From: a virus
Lineage: Duplodnaviria; Caudoviricetes
Strand: one strand, 5' to 3'
IMG/VR virus record: IMGVR_UViG_3300048579_000050
Span: 1-42,786 of that record
Length of the DNA stretch: 42,786 nucleotides
Below the pieces are notes generated by a model. The model worked only from the letters and a program-made list of their open reading frames with translations. It was not told where the DNA came from and did no database searches. Positions 7,215 to 16,149 of the stretch are shown in pieces. The position numbers and the translations under genes are program-made. Position 1 is the first letter of the stretch; every line of letters begins with the position of its first letter.

Positions 7215-7436
7215 TTATCGAGGAAGGCCCGCAGAAAACGGGATGAACTTGACCAGAAAGCCCGTGACGCCACCGGCTATGGCCGCCGCCGCCGCGATCA
7301 CATAGCGGGCGCCCTTGGCCTGCATTAGAACTTCGTGCATGTCGTCAACCTTGAGCTTCATCGACGATATGTCGCGGTCGAGGTTTTCCACTTGCGTTTC
7401 GAGCCGGATAACGCGGTCGCGGGTGTCGTCGGTCAT
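7215..7436 (-). CDS. Coiled-coil protein with C-terminal TM helix (lysis-cassette membrane protein)
   Basis: RDRVIRLETQVENL... followed by a hydrophobic C-terminus; ATGA-coupled. Confidence 0.65.
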   Translation of the reverse strand: MTDDTRDRVIRLETQVENLDRDISSMKLKVDDMHEVLMQAKGARYVIAAAAAIAGGVTGFLVKFIPFSAGLPR

Positions 7437-7810
7437 CGCTTGAATCTCGCGGCAATGTCGTAGAGAAAATAGAACCCAATAACGGCAATAACGACCTGCC
7501 ACAGGTTTACGTCGAGCGCGTCGGTGCTTCCGAGTTTCAGAACCTTGTCCCAGACGAACACCTTGAGAAGGAAGCAGGCCGGGCCGAAGGCAAGAGCAAA
7601 CCGCATTCCGGCATTCAGGAACCCGGCTACCGGACCCTCCGCAATCATCACATCGCGTCGTGCCTCAAGCGCCTTGGTGCGCTCGTCAGCCGCGATGCGC
7701 TCTTGTTCCGTTTTTGCGTCAGCCTTCTTAATTTGAAGGTCAACGATCTTGTCTGTGATGCGGGCGATGGGATCGAAAAACTTGAAGATGGCCGCGAGGA
7801 TCGTCATCAT
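7433..7810 (-). CDS. Putative holin
   Basis: Directly downstream of the endolysin; amphipathic N-terminus, two TM segments, VIGFYF motif, basic C-terminus. Confidence 0.65.
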   Translation of the reverse strand: MMTILAAIFKFFDPIARITDKIVDLQIKKADAKTEQERIAADERTKALEARRDVMIAEGPVAGFLNAGMRFALAFGPACFLLKVFVWDKVLKLGSTDALDVNLWQVVIAVIGFYFLYDIAARFKR

Positions 7811-8739
7811 GACATTTGCTTTCTAAACCAGTCGCGAACGTCCTCCGCGTCGAATATCCAGAAGAAAACCGCGATAGCGATGCCGACAAGGATCAAGATG
7901 AATACAAAAAAGGCCGCCGCAATCTGCCAGTCGGTCAGCCAAGTAATGCCGCCGAGGCCCGTAATTGCGCCGATACCGGCACCGATCTTGCGCCAGATGG
8001 TGCCGAGCCAGCCTGGTTTCTCTGTCTGGGCCGGAACTGAAGTTGGCTCAATGTCGGGCGGAGGTGGGATGGGAGCCGGCTTAGGCGCGGGGGCCGGTTT
8101 CGGCGCCGGTGCGTCAAGTTTGACTTTTGGAAGCTTGGCCTTCCACACGGCATAAGCCGCCGCCATCCGGGTGTCGTATTGGTTTTGCTTGTAGCCCGCC
8201 CCGTTGTATCGAAACGCGAACCCAGCCCAATCGTGGCGGTTTATTTCGTCAACTAGGCCGGACTTTTTAATCTCCTTTACCATCGCCTCGATTTGGGCGG
8301 CGACGCCGCCCTCGGTCATCCACCTTACAAACTCAATAGCGTTGGCGAATCCCTGAGATTCGGCGTGGAAGCCCATCGTTTGACCGAGGCCCCAACTTGC
8401 GGACCTGCAAGCGCATTCCTCATCGAACGCCTTTGCCTTCGCCATAAGGGCCAAGCGTTGCGCGCTGTCTCTTTGGTCTTTGTATTGCGTAGAGCGTTCC
8501 CATTTTGGGAGCGCTAGCCCGGCCCTAATAGCCGCCGCAGCCCGCGCTACGCCACGGCGGTTCTTTAGTTCGCGGTACATGACGTGCCGCTCATACAGGA
8601 AGCGGGGCGTTACCCCGTCCCTTTCAAACGGTTGGCCGGCGCTTTCGATTTCGACAACAGCCAACAGGGCGGCCGGCTCAATCTTGTTAGCCCGAGCAAC
8701 CTTCGCAACTTCGCGAATAATCGCCTCGGTGAAGGCCAT
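7807..8739 (-). CDS. Endolysin, N-acetylmuramidase (DUF3380-like), with Pro-rich linker and C-terminal TM helices
   Basis: AVVEIESAG, ERH, SASWGLGQTMGF, WAGFAFRYNGAGY...YD motifs. Confidence 0.88.
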   Translation of the reverse strand: MAFTEAIIREVAKVARANKIEPAALLAVVEIESAGQPFERDGVTPRFLYERHVMYRELKNRRGVARAAAAIRAGLALPKWERSTQYKDQRDSAQRLALMAKAKAFDEECACRSASWGLGQTMGFHAESQGFANAIEFVRWMTEGGVAAQIEAMVKEIKKSGLVDEINRHDWAGFAFRYNGAGYKQNQYDTRMAAAYAVWKAKLPKVKLDAPAPKPAPAPKPAPIPPPPDIEPTSVPAQTEKPGWLGTIWRKIGAGIGAITGLGGITWLTDWQIAAAFFVFILILVGIAIAVFFWIFDAEDVRDWFRKQMS

Positions 8740-8868
8740 TTACAGGAGCCACCAAACTGCAACTAGAGACGCGGGCCACAGAACGCCGACGCCGCCCGAA
8801 CCCATCCAGTCAATGACTTCGAGATACATATCCTTCGCAGCGACAATCCATTCCCAAGCCTTCGTCAT
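8740..8868 (-). CDS. Small membrane peptide (42 aa)
   Basis: Hand-translated MTKAWEWIVAAKDMY...LVAVWWLL; fills the gap between coupled genes. Confidence 0.55.
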   Translation of the reverse strand: MTKAWEWIVAAKDMYLEVIDWMGSGGVGVLWPASLVAVWWLL

Positions 8869-9467
8869 TTCTTTCCCCTCATTTCGCGAGTCATGTGGAT
8901 GACTTCGCCAACGTGCTTTACCGTCAGCGTGTGAACATCCTTGCGGTCGTCAATGTTGGTGTGGATGTCGCGGAGATCGTAGCGGGCCATGCGAGTCGGA
9001 TCGGATGGCTTTTCGCACCACTGGACAACGCCACGGCCTAACTGACCTCGGATCGTCCCCCGCCAACTCAAGATGACTTGGACGTTATCCGGCACACAGG
9101 CGACAAACGGCGTCGGGTCGTATGAAAAAATTGCGGCAACCGGAATGCCGCGCTGTTTCAATTGGTGCGCGATCCAGACCGTTGCATCGGCGCCCATCGA
9201 ATGCCCCGATAGAATGATCGGCAGCCTGTCGATCCTGTAGTTAGCCGTTGCGGTTTCCAAAACGGCCCACTTGTCGATATGCCTTCGCGGGTAGGCCTTG
9301 ACTGTCGGGTATTTCTTGACGACCTCGGCCATCGCAACATCGACGCCGGCGGAGAAATTAAAGACCCGGCCCAGCAGCCCGGTCATGCCGTACATGCGGG
9401 CTTCGTAAGCTTGCGCCGGGCCAACAAAAAAGAGGGCCAAAAGGCCCCCTAAAAGCAGTTTTTTCAT
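8865..9467 (-). CDS. Secreted alpha/beta-hydrolase-fold protein
   Basis: Signal peptide ending AQA; GHSMG nucleophile elbow; DP and HTNID motifs. Confidence 0.75.
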   Translation of the reverse strand: MKKLLLGGLLALFFVGPAQAYEARMYGMTGLLGRVFNFSAGVDVAMAEVVKKYPTVKAYPRRHIDKWAVLETATANYRIDRLPIILSGHSMGADATVWIAHQLKQRGIPVAAIFSYDPTPFVACVPDNVQVILSWRGTIRGQLGRGVVQWCEKPSDPTRMARYDLRDIHTNIDDRKDVHTLTVKHVGEVIHMTREMRGKK

Positions 9468-9557
9468 CGTTAAACCTGTGTTTGCGGCGATAATGACGCT
9501 TGCGCCCGTAGCGGTTGCGTGCAGTAATGTGGATGTTCAACCGAAGGGGCGCTACTG

Positions 9558-9731
9558 ATGCAGATTTCCGCTTGGCAACTTCACCAAAAACTTCCGGCCG
9601 GCAATTACGCCTTCGGTGAGGACCGCAAGATTGTCATCAAAGTTGACAATGACGGCGTGTTCCTTCTTAGCGATGAGACCGCCGCGACGTTTCCGCTGTA
9701 CGCATTCGCGAACCGGATAAAGCCTCAATAG
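9558..9731 (+). CDS. Small counter-oriented hypothetical protein (57 aa), possible moron
   Basis: Hand-translated MQISAWQLHQKLPAGNYAFGEDRKIVIKVD...; GAAGGGG RBS; fills an otherwise empty gap. Confidence 0.5.
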   Translation: MQISAWQLHQKLPAGNYAFGEDRKIVIKVDNDGVFLLSDETAATFPLYAFANRIKPQ

Positions 9732-11917
9732 CGGCCGTTATACAGTTTCACAGCCCGCCATTTTGCATTGTCGCTGTCGTACTGGTTGCGCTTCGGACCC
9801 CACGCGCCGAATTGCTGCGGCTTGTAAAAATCCCCCGATTGCGCGGGAAATGTCCCGTAGTCTTCAAACGAATCATACATCGCTAAAAGATTTGCCCCGG
9901 CGGCTTCCGAAAAATTGGCGTATTCCCAAAATTCCAAAAACTGCGCCTTTTCCTCGGTGCTTAGGCTTCCCCAAATCCCCAACAGCACAGCGTGGCTTTG
10001 CCCCTCGTACTGCGTCAGCGCAACCCCGGCGGCGTCGGCCAACGTCTTGTGTGGCCCCCACCACGAGGGCAAAGTGGTGATCGGTATCAATGACGACAGA
10101 TGTCGCCCATCATAACATTCTTCGTTCCACATGCGGTCGAAATAAGCATACTGGTTTGACTCAAGCCCCGTGCCATGTCGGCTGATGCTTGTTGCAATCC
10201 AACCCTTCAGGGTTGTCAGGTTCGCACCGATTGCAATCTCGTCCCCGAAATAACCCGTCACCGCGATCTCATCGACAAGATCGCTTATTTCAAGGCTTGG
10301 GGCGTTGTCGTCTATGTATTTTTGCACACCATCCATCGCCGCGACAGTGAGCGCGGAGTTTGCTGTTTGGGTGCCCATAACCCCAATCCAGCGGCTTCTG
10401 TTCGATGCCCCGTAAACGTCGCTAAACGCCTTCATCAGGTGGGCGCCGTAATAGCCTTGCCCGTACATGGACCCGCCGTAATCAAACAGGTCCATCGCCA
10501 TCATGTGCGCAAAGAAATACTGCGCAAATCCTGGGTTCCATTGCTCATTTCCCCACTCAACGACAACATATAAGTTTGGGTCAAGGTTATCGAAAATATA
10601 TTGGGCATACGCCTCATAATCATCCGACAAGTCTGCTAGAACCGGCGCGCGGAATGTATAAAAACTAGGGTTTGACGCAGTAGCGTGCCCCGTCCCATCG
10701 AAACCGTCCACGGCATAACTAACGCCCGCGACTACGTTGGATACAGTGACCTTTTGATAGTCAATACGGTGACGGCATGTAGTGGTCCCAGATGGCGACC
10801 CGGTTAAATTAATCGCGGTGCCGCCGCGCCGTTTTGAAATCTTGAAAGTGCTCGTTCCGGCATTATAGCCGTCCGAAATAATAAAATGCGGGGTGTCGTT
10901 ATTGTTCACGATCTCTGATGGAGGTGTTCCGCCCGAAAACAAAACGCTATGACCTATCGGCGGTATCCACCCGCCAGAGAGTGTAACGGTGTCATTCGTG
11001 GTGTTGAATGTCGCCGTTGCGGTCCTGTCGTATTCGCGAGCATTGTCGCGGATCAGGATCACATCGCCGTCAACATAAGTGTGCCCCGCATCGGTGAACA
11101 CCGCCGGGTTGGCGTTACTCAACGCAGTCGGCCTTCCTGACTTTTTGATGCCTAGAAGTTGCGGGACGCAAAGCCAGAGGTGCGATTTGGTCTGGTTCGC
11201 GATGGCCACCGAAACCGCCAGCGGAACACCCGTCTTGGGGCCATTTGGAACAAGGATGGCGCCGTCTCCGTCGCCCCAATTATAATGATTGGTGCCCGGA
11301 ATGTCCGAATACTCGACTGTATTAAAATTGTTGGTCGCGGAGTCGATAAAGCGAACCCGTCCCCCGCCCCTCTTTATCGTGTCGAGATAGTCGGGCCTGA
11401 ACAATTCACCCGCATCATGGGCGCTTTCCAAACTTAGCGGAACGATGGCTATGTTTTGCGGCGGGTCGTTTCGGTCAACATTGCTGAATTTGAATTGCAG
11501 CCAGCCTATCTCGGGCCACGTAAACGTCGCCCGGTTGCCGGTGCGGCTCAGTGTCGTGCCGTATTCCTCGGATAGGGTGTCACAGGTGCCTGTGAATTTA
11601 ATCACCCATGTTTCGCCCGCGAAGTGCGTATTGCCAGCCGCAACCGGACGAACCATCCACACAAAGTTAGCCGGCATCCCGGCTATCAGTTCCCCGTCTG
11701 CGGTGTTAAGATATGTGCCCCAAGGGGAGCCACTAACGCCGACAGCGGTAGTGGACAGCAAGTCCCCGGCGTTGTCTGTCTTGACCAGAATAAGGCCGCC
11801 ATGTTTCCAGATGTTGATGGCGACGTAGGCATTTCCGTAATAGGAGTTTGTGAACGCTGTCCCTAGATTAATCCGACCACGTAAAGGACCGTGCCCACCA
11901 TTTGAAATCCACCCCAC
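9725..11917 (-). CDS. Putative glycoside hydrolase-like receptor-binding or depolymerase protein with an internal beta-rich insertion
   Basis: FRPDYL, RF-D, GVPL..ANQ..W.CVP, VEWGNEQWN, GYFG, YEG..H and GAWG motifs recall uncharacterised TIM-barrel glycosidases; located in the fibre region. Confidence 0.6.
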   Translation of the reverse strand: MGWISNGGHGPLRGRINLGTAFTNSYYGNAYVAINIWKHGGLILVKTDNAGDLLSTTAVGVSGSPWGTYLNTADGELIAGMPANFVWMVRPVAAGNTHFAGETWVIKFTGTCDTLSEEYGTTLSRTGNRATFTWPEIGWLQFKFSNVDRNDPPQNIAIVPLSLESAHDAGELFRPDYLDTIKRGGGRVRFIDSATNNFNTVEYSDIPGTNHYNWGDGDGAILVPNGPKTGVPLAVSVAIANQTKSHLWLCVPQLLGIKKSGRPTALSNANPAVFTDAGHTYVDGDVILIRDNAREYDRTATATFNTTNDTVTLSGGWIPPIGHSVLFSGGTPPSEIVNNNDTPHFIISDGYNAGTSTFKISKRRGGTAINLTGSPSGTTTCRHRIDYQKVTVSNVVAGVSYAVDGFDGTGHATASNPSFYTFRAPVLADLSDDYEAYAQYIFDNLDPNLYVVVEWGNEQWNPGFAQYFFAHMMAMDLFDYGGSMYGQGYYGAHLMKAFSDVYGASNRSRWIGVMGTQTANSALTVAAMDGVQKYIDDNAPSLEISDLVDEIAVTGYFGDEIAIGANLTTLKGWIATSISRHGTGLESNQYAYFDRMWNEECYDGRHLSSLIPITTLPSWWGPHKTLADAAGVALTQYEGQSHAVLLGIWGSLSTEEKAQFLEFWEYANFSEAAGANLLAMYDSFEDYGTFPAQSGDFYKPQQFGAWGPKRNQYDSDNAKWRAVKLYNGRY

Positions 11918-11919
11918 AA

Positions 11920-12390
11920 CTAGATTGCCCCGACAGCGGTCATATAGGCCGCCTCGGCGGTGTGATAGGCTGAAGCCATTGTTGAATCCATCCCGCCGCC
12001 GACGAATGCGCTGGCGACCTGATCAGTGGATATGTCCACAAACGACCCGCTGCCGCGATGCTCCGCGAAGATCGAAAATGTTTCTACGGGCAAAAAGGCC
12101 GCCTCGGTTGAGTCGGTGCCTAGCGATGAGCCGTCCTTGTATAGCGCCATCGAGGTAGAGCCGGTGCGCGAGGCAATATAACTTCCTTGCGCATCGCCAT
12201 TTTCAAATCGGATGCCGGTGATGTTAAGATCAGCCCTCGCACGCAACGGGCCAGATGCATCGACGCACATAAGCCTGTTAAAATACGACCCTACCAGCGT
12301 CATGTTTTGAGCAGTAGTACGACTATTCAAAACGCGCCCGCCGAAGCTCGCGCTGTTCAATACGTAATTTCCAGACCCCTGTGTGGACAC
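11920..12390 (-). CDS. LamG/ConA-like domain protein, possibly an N-terminally truncated remnant
   Basis: NSASFG...ASRTGSTSMALYKDG...AYMTAVGA; GTG directly follows the in-frame upstream TAA; no obvious RBS. Confidence 0.5.
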   Translation of the reverse strand: MSTQGSGNYVLNSASFGGRVLNSRTTAQNMTLVGSYFNRLMCVDASGPLRARADLNITGIRFENGDAQGSYIASRTGSTSMALYKDGSSLGTDSTEAAFLPVETFSIFAEHRGSGSFVDISTDQVASAFVGGGMDSTMASAYHTAEAAYMTAVGAI

Positions 12391-13230
12391 TTAATAACCC
12401 CAATACGCCGCTTTGTTCGAGGACAGATCGGCCCCCTCGCTGCCGCCAATCGCCGTGTCCCAAACGCCAAGTTCAACCATATCGCCGGTAAACGCGAGAC
12501 CAACCGAGACCGCCAGACCGAGGCCAACGTTGGCATCGAAACCATTGACGCCGCCGTTAACAGTTGACGATGATCCGTCTACAAAGAATTTGCCAGATGC
12601 GCCGTTCCCAACAAAAGTAAGAGAATGCCACACATTGTCTGTGGCGGTGGCACTCACCGCAGAACCCGCATACATGAATACAGAATCGGCGGTGTTCTTA
12701 TAACCAACAGCACAACCACTTGCCCCAAAGAAATGTTGTTCTGTTGTGTAATCGCCCGTTCTTTTTGCAACCGTATCCACTGTCCAGGGTTGCGCCACCG
12801 AACCAGACAGCGTGGCGTCCAAGGCATGTAATGATGCCGCCGTAAAACGCATAACAGGATGTGAGCCGAGCGCACTCAGCGCCACTGGGGGAAGGCTTGT
12901 GCCGCCTAACGCATCCATGTTGTGACCGTTCCCGGTCTGGTCGTATAATATTGATACGACTCCGGTCGTTGACGTGAGGAATGAAGTCAGGGATGCAGTA
13001 TCAAGGCTGCCGTTTGAAAGGATAAGAATATCTTGAGTTGCATTGTCACTAGCGCGCTTTACGCGACAGGAATAATTAGAACCAGTCGCATAGGCAGCGT
13101 TATACGCTCGCAACCCCCACCACCCCAATGCGCCAGATTTGATGTCTCCGGGGCCGGTATAGGACGGAGCCGCTGCCACAGGCGGCCTATAAATCAGCGC
13201 CCGCCCCGGTCCGACTGTGAGGATGGGCAT
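12391..13230 (-). CDS. ConA/LamG-like (arabinofuranosidase B catalytic domain-like) virion-associated protein
   Basis: WGLRAY, RVKRASDNATQDI, LYDQTGNGH and terminal AYWG motifs. Confidence 0.7.
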   Translation of the reverse strand: MPILTVGPGRALIYRPPVAAAPSYTGPGDIKSGALGWWGLRAYNAAYATGSNYSCRVKRASDNATQDILILSNGSLDTASLTSFLTSTTGVVSILYDQTGNGHNMDALGGTSLPPVALSALGSHPVMRFTAASLHALDATLSGSVAQPWTVDTVAKRTGDYTTEQHFFGASGCAVGYKNTADSVFMYAGSAVSATATDNVWHSLTFVGNGASGKFFVDGSSSTVNGGVNGFDANVGLGLAVSVGLAFTGDMVELGVWDTAIGGSEGADLSSNKAAYWGY

Positions 13231-13233
13231 GGA

Positions 13234-14244
13234 TCAATCCAACAACACGCCGATGGCGAGTTGAATTTCGCCGCTCGCATATGTGGGCGTTCCCGTGCTG
13301 TTGAGGATCGAAATATACAAATCGTCGGTCCCGGAAACCGCCATCACAGGCAGGCCGAGCGACCGCAACGTGGCAACTTTAGTTCCGCTGCCGGTGCCGC
13401 TACTCGCCACGGCGATAAAGTCCGATGTCGCGACCGGGATGATGTGCTGGATGCCAGCTACAAAGTTGGCGTCAGTGATATTAGGCCCGCTATTCTCACT
13501 CCCCATCGAGGTAGATGTGCGATGGATCAGAATATAATAGGCTGCGCCTTGGGCGTCCTTTTCGGTAATGGTGATGGTGTTAATGACGCCCGTGCCGTCA
13601 GTCTTGCGGAAAAAGCCGTCGATCTGCTGAGTATCGGCAATCAGATCGCCAGAGGCATACTGACTCGTGTCGGTTGACATGGTGACGACCTTCAGCGCGC
13701 TTTTCCCGCCGACCTCTCCCACATGAAGCTCGCCAGCCGTGGGCGTAACGGAAAGCGCCGACTGGTTGCTCGCTATGGTGACGGGCGCGGAGTTCGCCAT
13801 CGTCGTCTGCCCATTGGCATTCACGCTGTCCGGGTGTATTGCAACCGGAATAGCAAAGGCATTGGAGGCCACGGCAGCGTCAACCAGCGAAATATCGTTG
13901 GTGCCGTCAGTAACTCGGAACTTGCCGATGTAGTTAGTCCCCGCCGCAATCGACGTAACGTCCACGTCGCCAATATCAACGCCGCTATTCGCCGCAAGCT
14001 TGCCGATGGCGTTGGTGCCGGCCGGAAGCGCGCCGACCACATCCACTTGCAATTCATTGCCGGTGGCGATGGAATTATCCAGCAGCGCCAGTGACGCCGC
14101 AATGGCATCCAGCACCGCCTTGTCCTCGGTAGAAGCCGCTACCGATTTAGATGCCGCCGCAGCCTGCCGGCCCACGTCAAGAACAGTGACATCAGTTTGA
14201 GTAGATCCGTCCGCTTCGAGGACGGTGATTACCGCGTTTGCCAT
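13234..14244 (-). CDS. Phage structural / fibre-like protein
   Basis: AGGAGG RBS; ALPAGTNAIGKLAANSGVDIGDVDV and AGTNYIGK repeats; GQTTMANSAPV. Confidence 0.7.
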   Translation of the reverse strand: MANAVITVLEADGSTQTDVTVLDVGRQAAAASKSVAASTEDKAVLDAIAASLALLDNSIATGNELQVDVVGALPAGTNAIGKLAANSGVDIGDVDVTSIAAGTNYIGKFRVTDGTNDISLVDAAVASNAFAIPVAIHPDSVNANGQTTMANSAPVTIASNQSALSVTPTAGELHVGEVGGKSALKVVTMSTDTSQYASGDLIADTQQIDGFFRKTDGTGVINTITITEKDAQGAAYYILIHRTSTSMGSENSGPNITDANFVAGIQHIIPVATSDFIAVASSGTGSGTKVATLRSLGLPVMAVSGTDDLYISILNSTGTPTYASGEIQLAIGVLLD

Positions 14245-14265
14245 AGAAGTCCTCCTAGGCGGTTG

Positions 14266-14688
14266 CTACCAATCGGCCAGCACAGCAAGGAGCTGTGAGT
14301 TTGAAGCCGCATCGAATTGCATGGTGGGGGCTTCACCATCAGCCACGTCAGTCACAGTGATGGTGAATTGCCGGGTGATAGGATCATCAACGCCGTTGTC
14401 GGCCTCGATGGTTACCGAATGTGAGGACGCGGTTTCGTAGTCGAGAGTCGCGTCTATTTGCAGCTCATCGTCATTCGCGATGGCAAATTTGCTGTCGGGA
14501 TCGGCCGTGATCGTGAATGTGTAGGTGCCGGAGCCGTTGCTGACGGACAGGATACCGACAACCGAATTGACACTGGCATCTTCTGCGATGCTCGTTGACG
14601 ACAGCGTGATGGCAGAATTGGTAAACGGGCCGCCGCCGCCCATGCGGCTAAAACCACACCCAACCAACCCGAGCCGCCCGAATGCCAT
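14266..14688 (-). CDS. Cadherin-like (Ig-fold) domain protein
   Basis: SIAEDASVNSVVG...LDYETASSHSVTIEAD...FTITVTDV; probable start at 14688. Confidence 0.8.
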   Translation of the reverse strand: MAFGRLGLVGCGFSRMGGGGPFTNSAITLSSTSIAEDASVNSVVGILSVSNGSGTYTFTITADPDSKFAIANDDELQIDATLDYETASSHSVTIEADNGVDDPITRQFTITVTDVADGEAPTMQFDAASNSQLLAVLADW

Positions 14689-14689
14689 G

Positions 14690-16144
14690 TTAGGCGTCCT
14701 TTCCGCGCGGGTCAGTCCATCCCAAGGTGGCGACGGAGAGCGTAATCGTAGCCGTTGATACGAAGCGCAGTTGCGCGCTCGTATTGACGTATTCCTCTGT
14801 CCGAATGCCGATACCGACACCACTCACGCTAGTTGCGCTGATCTGGGCACTTGCAAGCGGCGCGGCCGACGCGCTCGCCGCCTCATCCGTAACGTCAGGG
14901 CAAGATACGTAAAATCTGGCTGCCGACGCGCTCGCCGCAACGCCGTATGCATTGATATCCGCTTTTACTTTAAGTCCAACCGGGACTTCCAATGCTCGCA
15001 ATGCGGCGGTTGTCGTTTGCGATACGCCATTGACGGAGAGCACGGGCGACTTGAAAAGGAACTTGTCGCCAAATTGAACGAAGCCAAGAATTGTAGCCCC
15101 AGAGCGTATGATGGACCCGATGCGGCGCGCGTAGAGATAGTCCGCACCGCCGGTTTCCGCTTGAAGCGCGGTGATAACGGTCGCGACCGTCAGACTAGTG
15201 TGCGCATAAATTCCAGACGTTCCGTCCGCTTTCGAGACGGCATAAATGTGATACGTTGTATTAGCAATACCGGCGGCGGAATTTCGCATTCCGCCGGTCG
15301 TACCGGCGGCCCAGTTCGCATCAAGCTGCTTCGTGGATGCAGCAATCGTAATGTTGACTGTGTCGGTCGAATCGCGGCAAACGCCCGCCGCTATGTCGAT
15401 GTCGTTTGTTGCGTCGCCGGAGTTATTCGACAGAATGCATCCGTCGATATAACCGCGCGGCAATGTCGGCGGGATGCTGCCGAATTTAACCTTTTTAACG
15501 GCCGACGCGGACCCGTCATAAGACATGACATAATCAGCGGATGAATCCGGAGATGTGTCCTCGGTCAGGGCGTTGATAACCTTGAGGATGTCCGAAAGCA
15601 GCATCCGGCGATTTGCGGTCGCGCTTAGATCGTAGATCGGCAGCGTGTCGTTGGTCGCAATAGCGGTTTCTGATGTCCCGCCGATGATGTCAAGCGACGC
15701 TAAAAGATGCTTGCCGAGCGTGCCAAGAACGATGAACTCAGTCGATGCGTGGACGTATTTTATAAGATACGGCGTGCCGGACACCAACGCCCCGGTCGGG
15801 ACTGCGACGCCGGTAGAAATATTGATTGCCCGCGCGGTGAGACCGTCAACGGCGAGGGTCGGCGCCGCGCCGCTCGTCGCATTTGGAATGATGCAAAACA
15901 CCGCGCCGCTCATTGCGGCGGCGGTCGCGAACGTCGATCCGGTCGCTACGGTGTAAGCAGTAGACGTGCCGCCGGTCGTGATGCCGTAAAGATCATTTCG
16001 CCAGTCGGCGATGGACGCCATCATACCGCGAGCGGAATTGTTCACAGTAGACGGGGCTTGGCCTTCCGCCCAATTCACGGCGGGATCGGCGGTCGAATTG
16101 TTCGACGCCGTGGTTGACCAGAGGGGGACGCCTTTTGTGGCCAA
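14690..16144 (-). CDS. Tail fibre protein
   Basis: N-terminal WAEGQAPSTVNNSARGMMA anchor and TGGTSTAY; C-terminal DIDIAAG..RDS and RRIGSI motifs. Confidence 0.8.
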   Translation of the reverse strand: MATKGVPLWSTTASNNSTADPAVNWAEGQAPSTVNNSARGMMASIADWRNDLYGITTGGTSTAYTVATGSTFATAAAMSGAVFCIIPNATSGAAPTLAVDGLTARAINISTGVAVPTGALVSGTPYLIKYVHASTEFIVLGTLGKHLLASLDIIGGTSETAIATNDTLPIYDLSATANRRMLLSDILKVINALTEDTSPDSSADYVMSYDGSASAVKKVKFGSIPPTLPRGYIDGCILSNNSGDATNDIDIAAGVCRDSTDTVNITIAASTKQLDANWAAGTTGGMRNSAAGIANTTYHIYAVSKADGTSGIYAHTSLTVATVITALQAETGGADYLYARRIGSIIRSGATILGFVQFGDKFLFKSPVLSVNGVSQTTTAALRALEVPVGLKVKADINAYGVAASASAARFYVSCPDVTDEAASASAAPLASAQISATSVSGVGIGIRTEEYVNTSAQLRFVSTATITLSVATLGWTDPRGKDA

Positions 16145-16149
16145 TGTCG

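Noticed and set aside
9358-9540. Basic 60-aa - strand ORF (MNIHITARNRYGRKRH...)
   Set aside because: Overlaps the hydrolase 5' end extensively, has a weak start, and a better + strand ORF explains the gap
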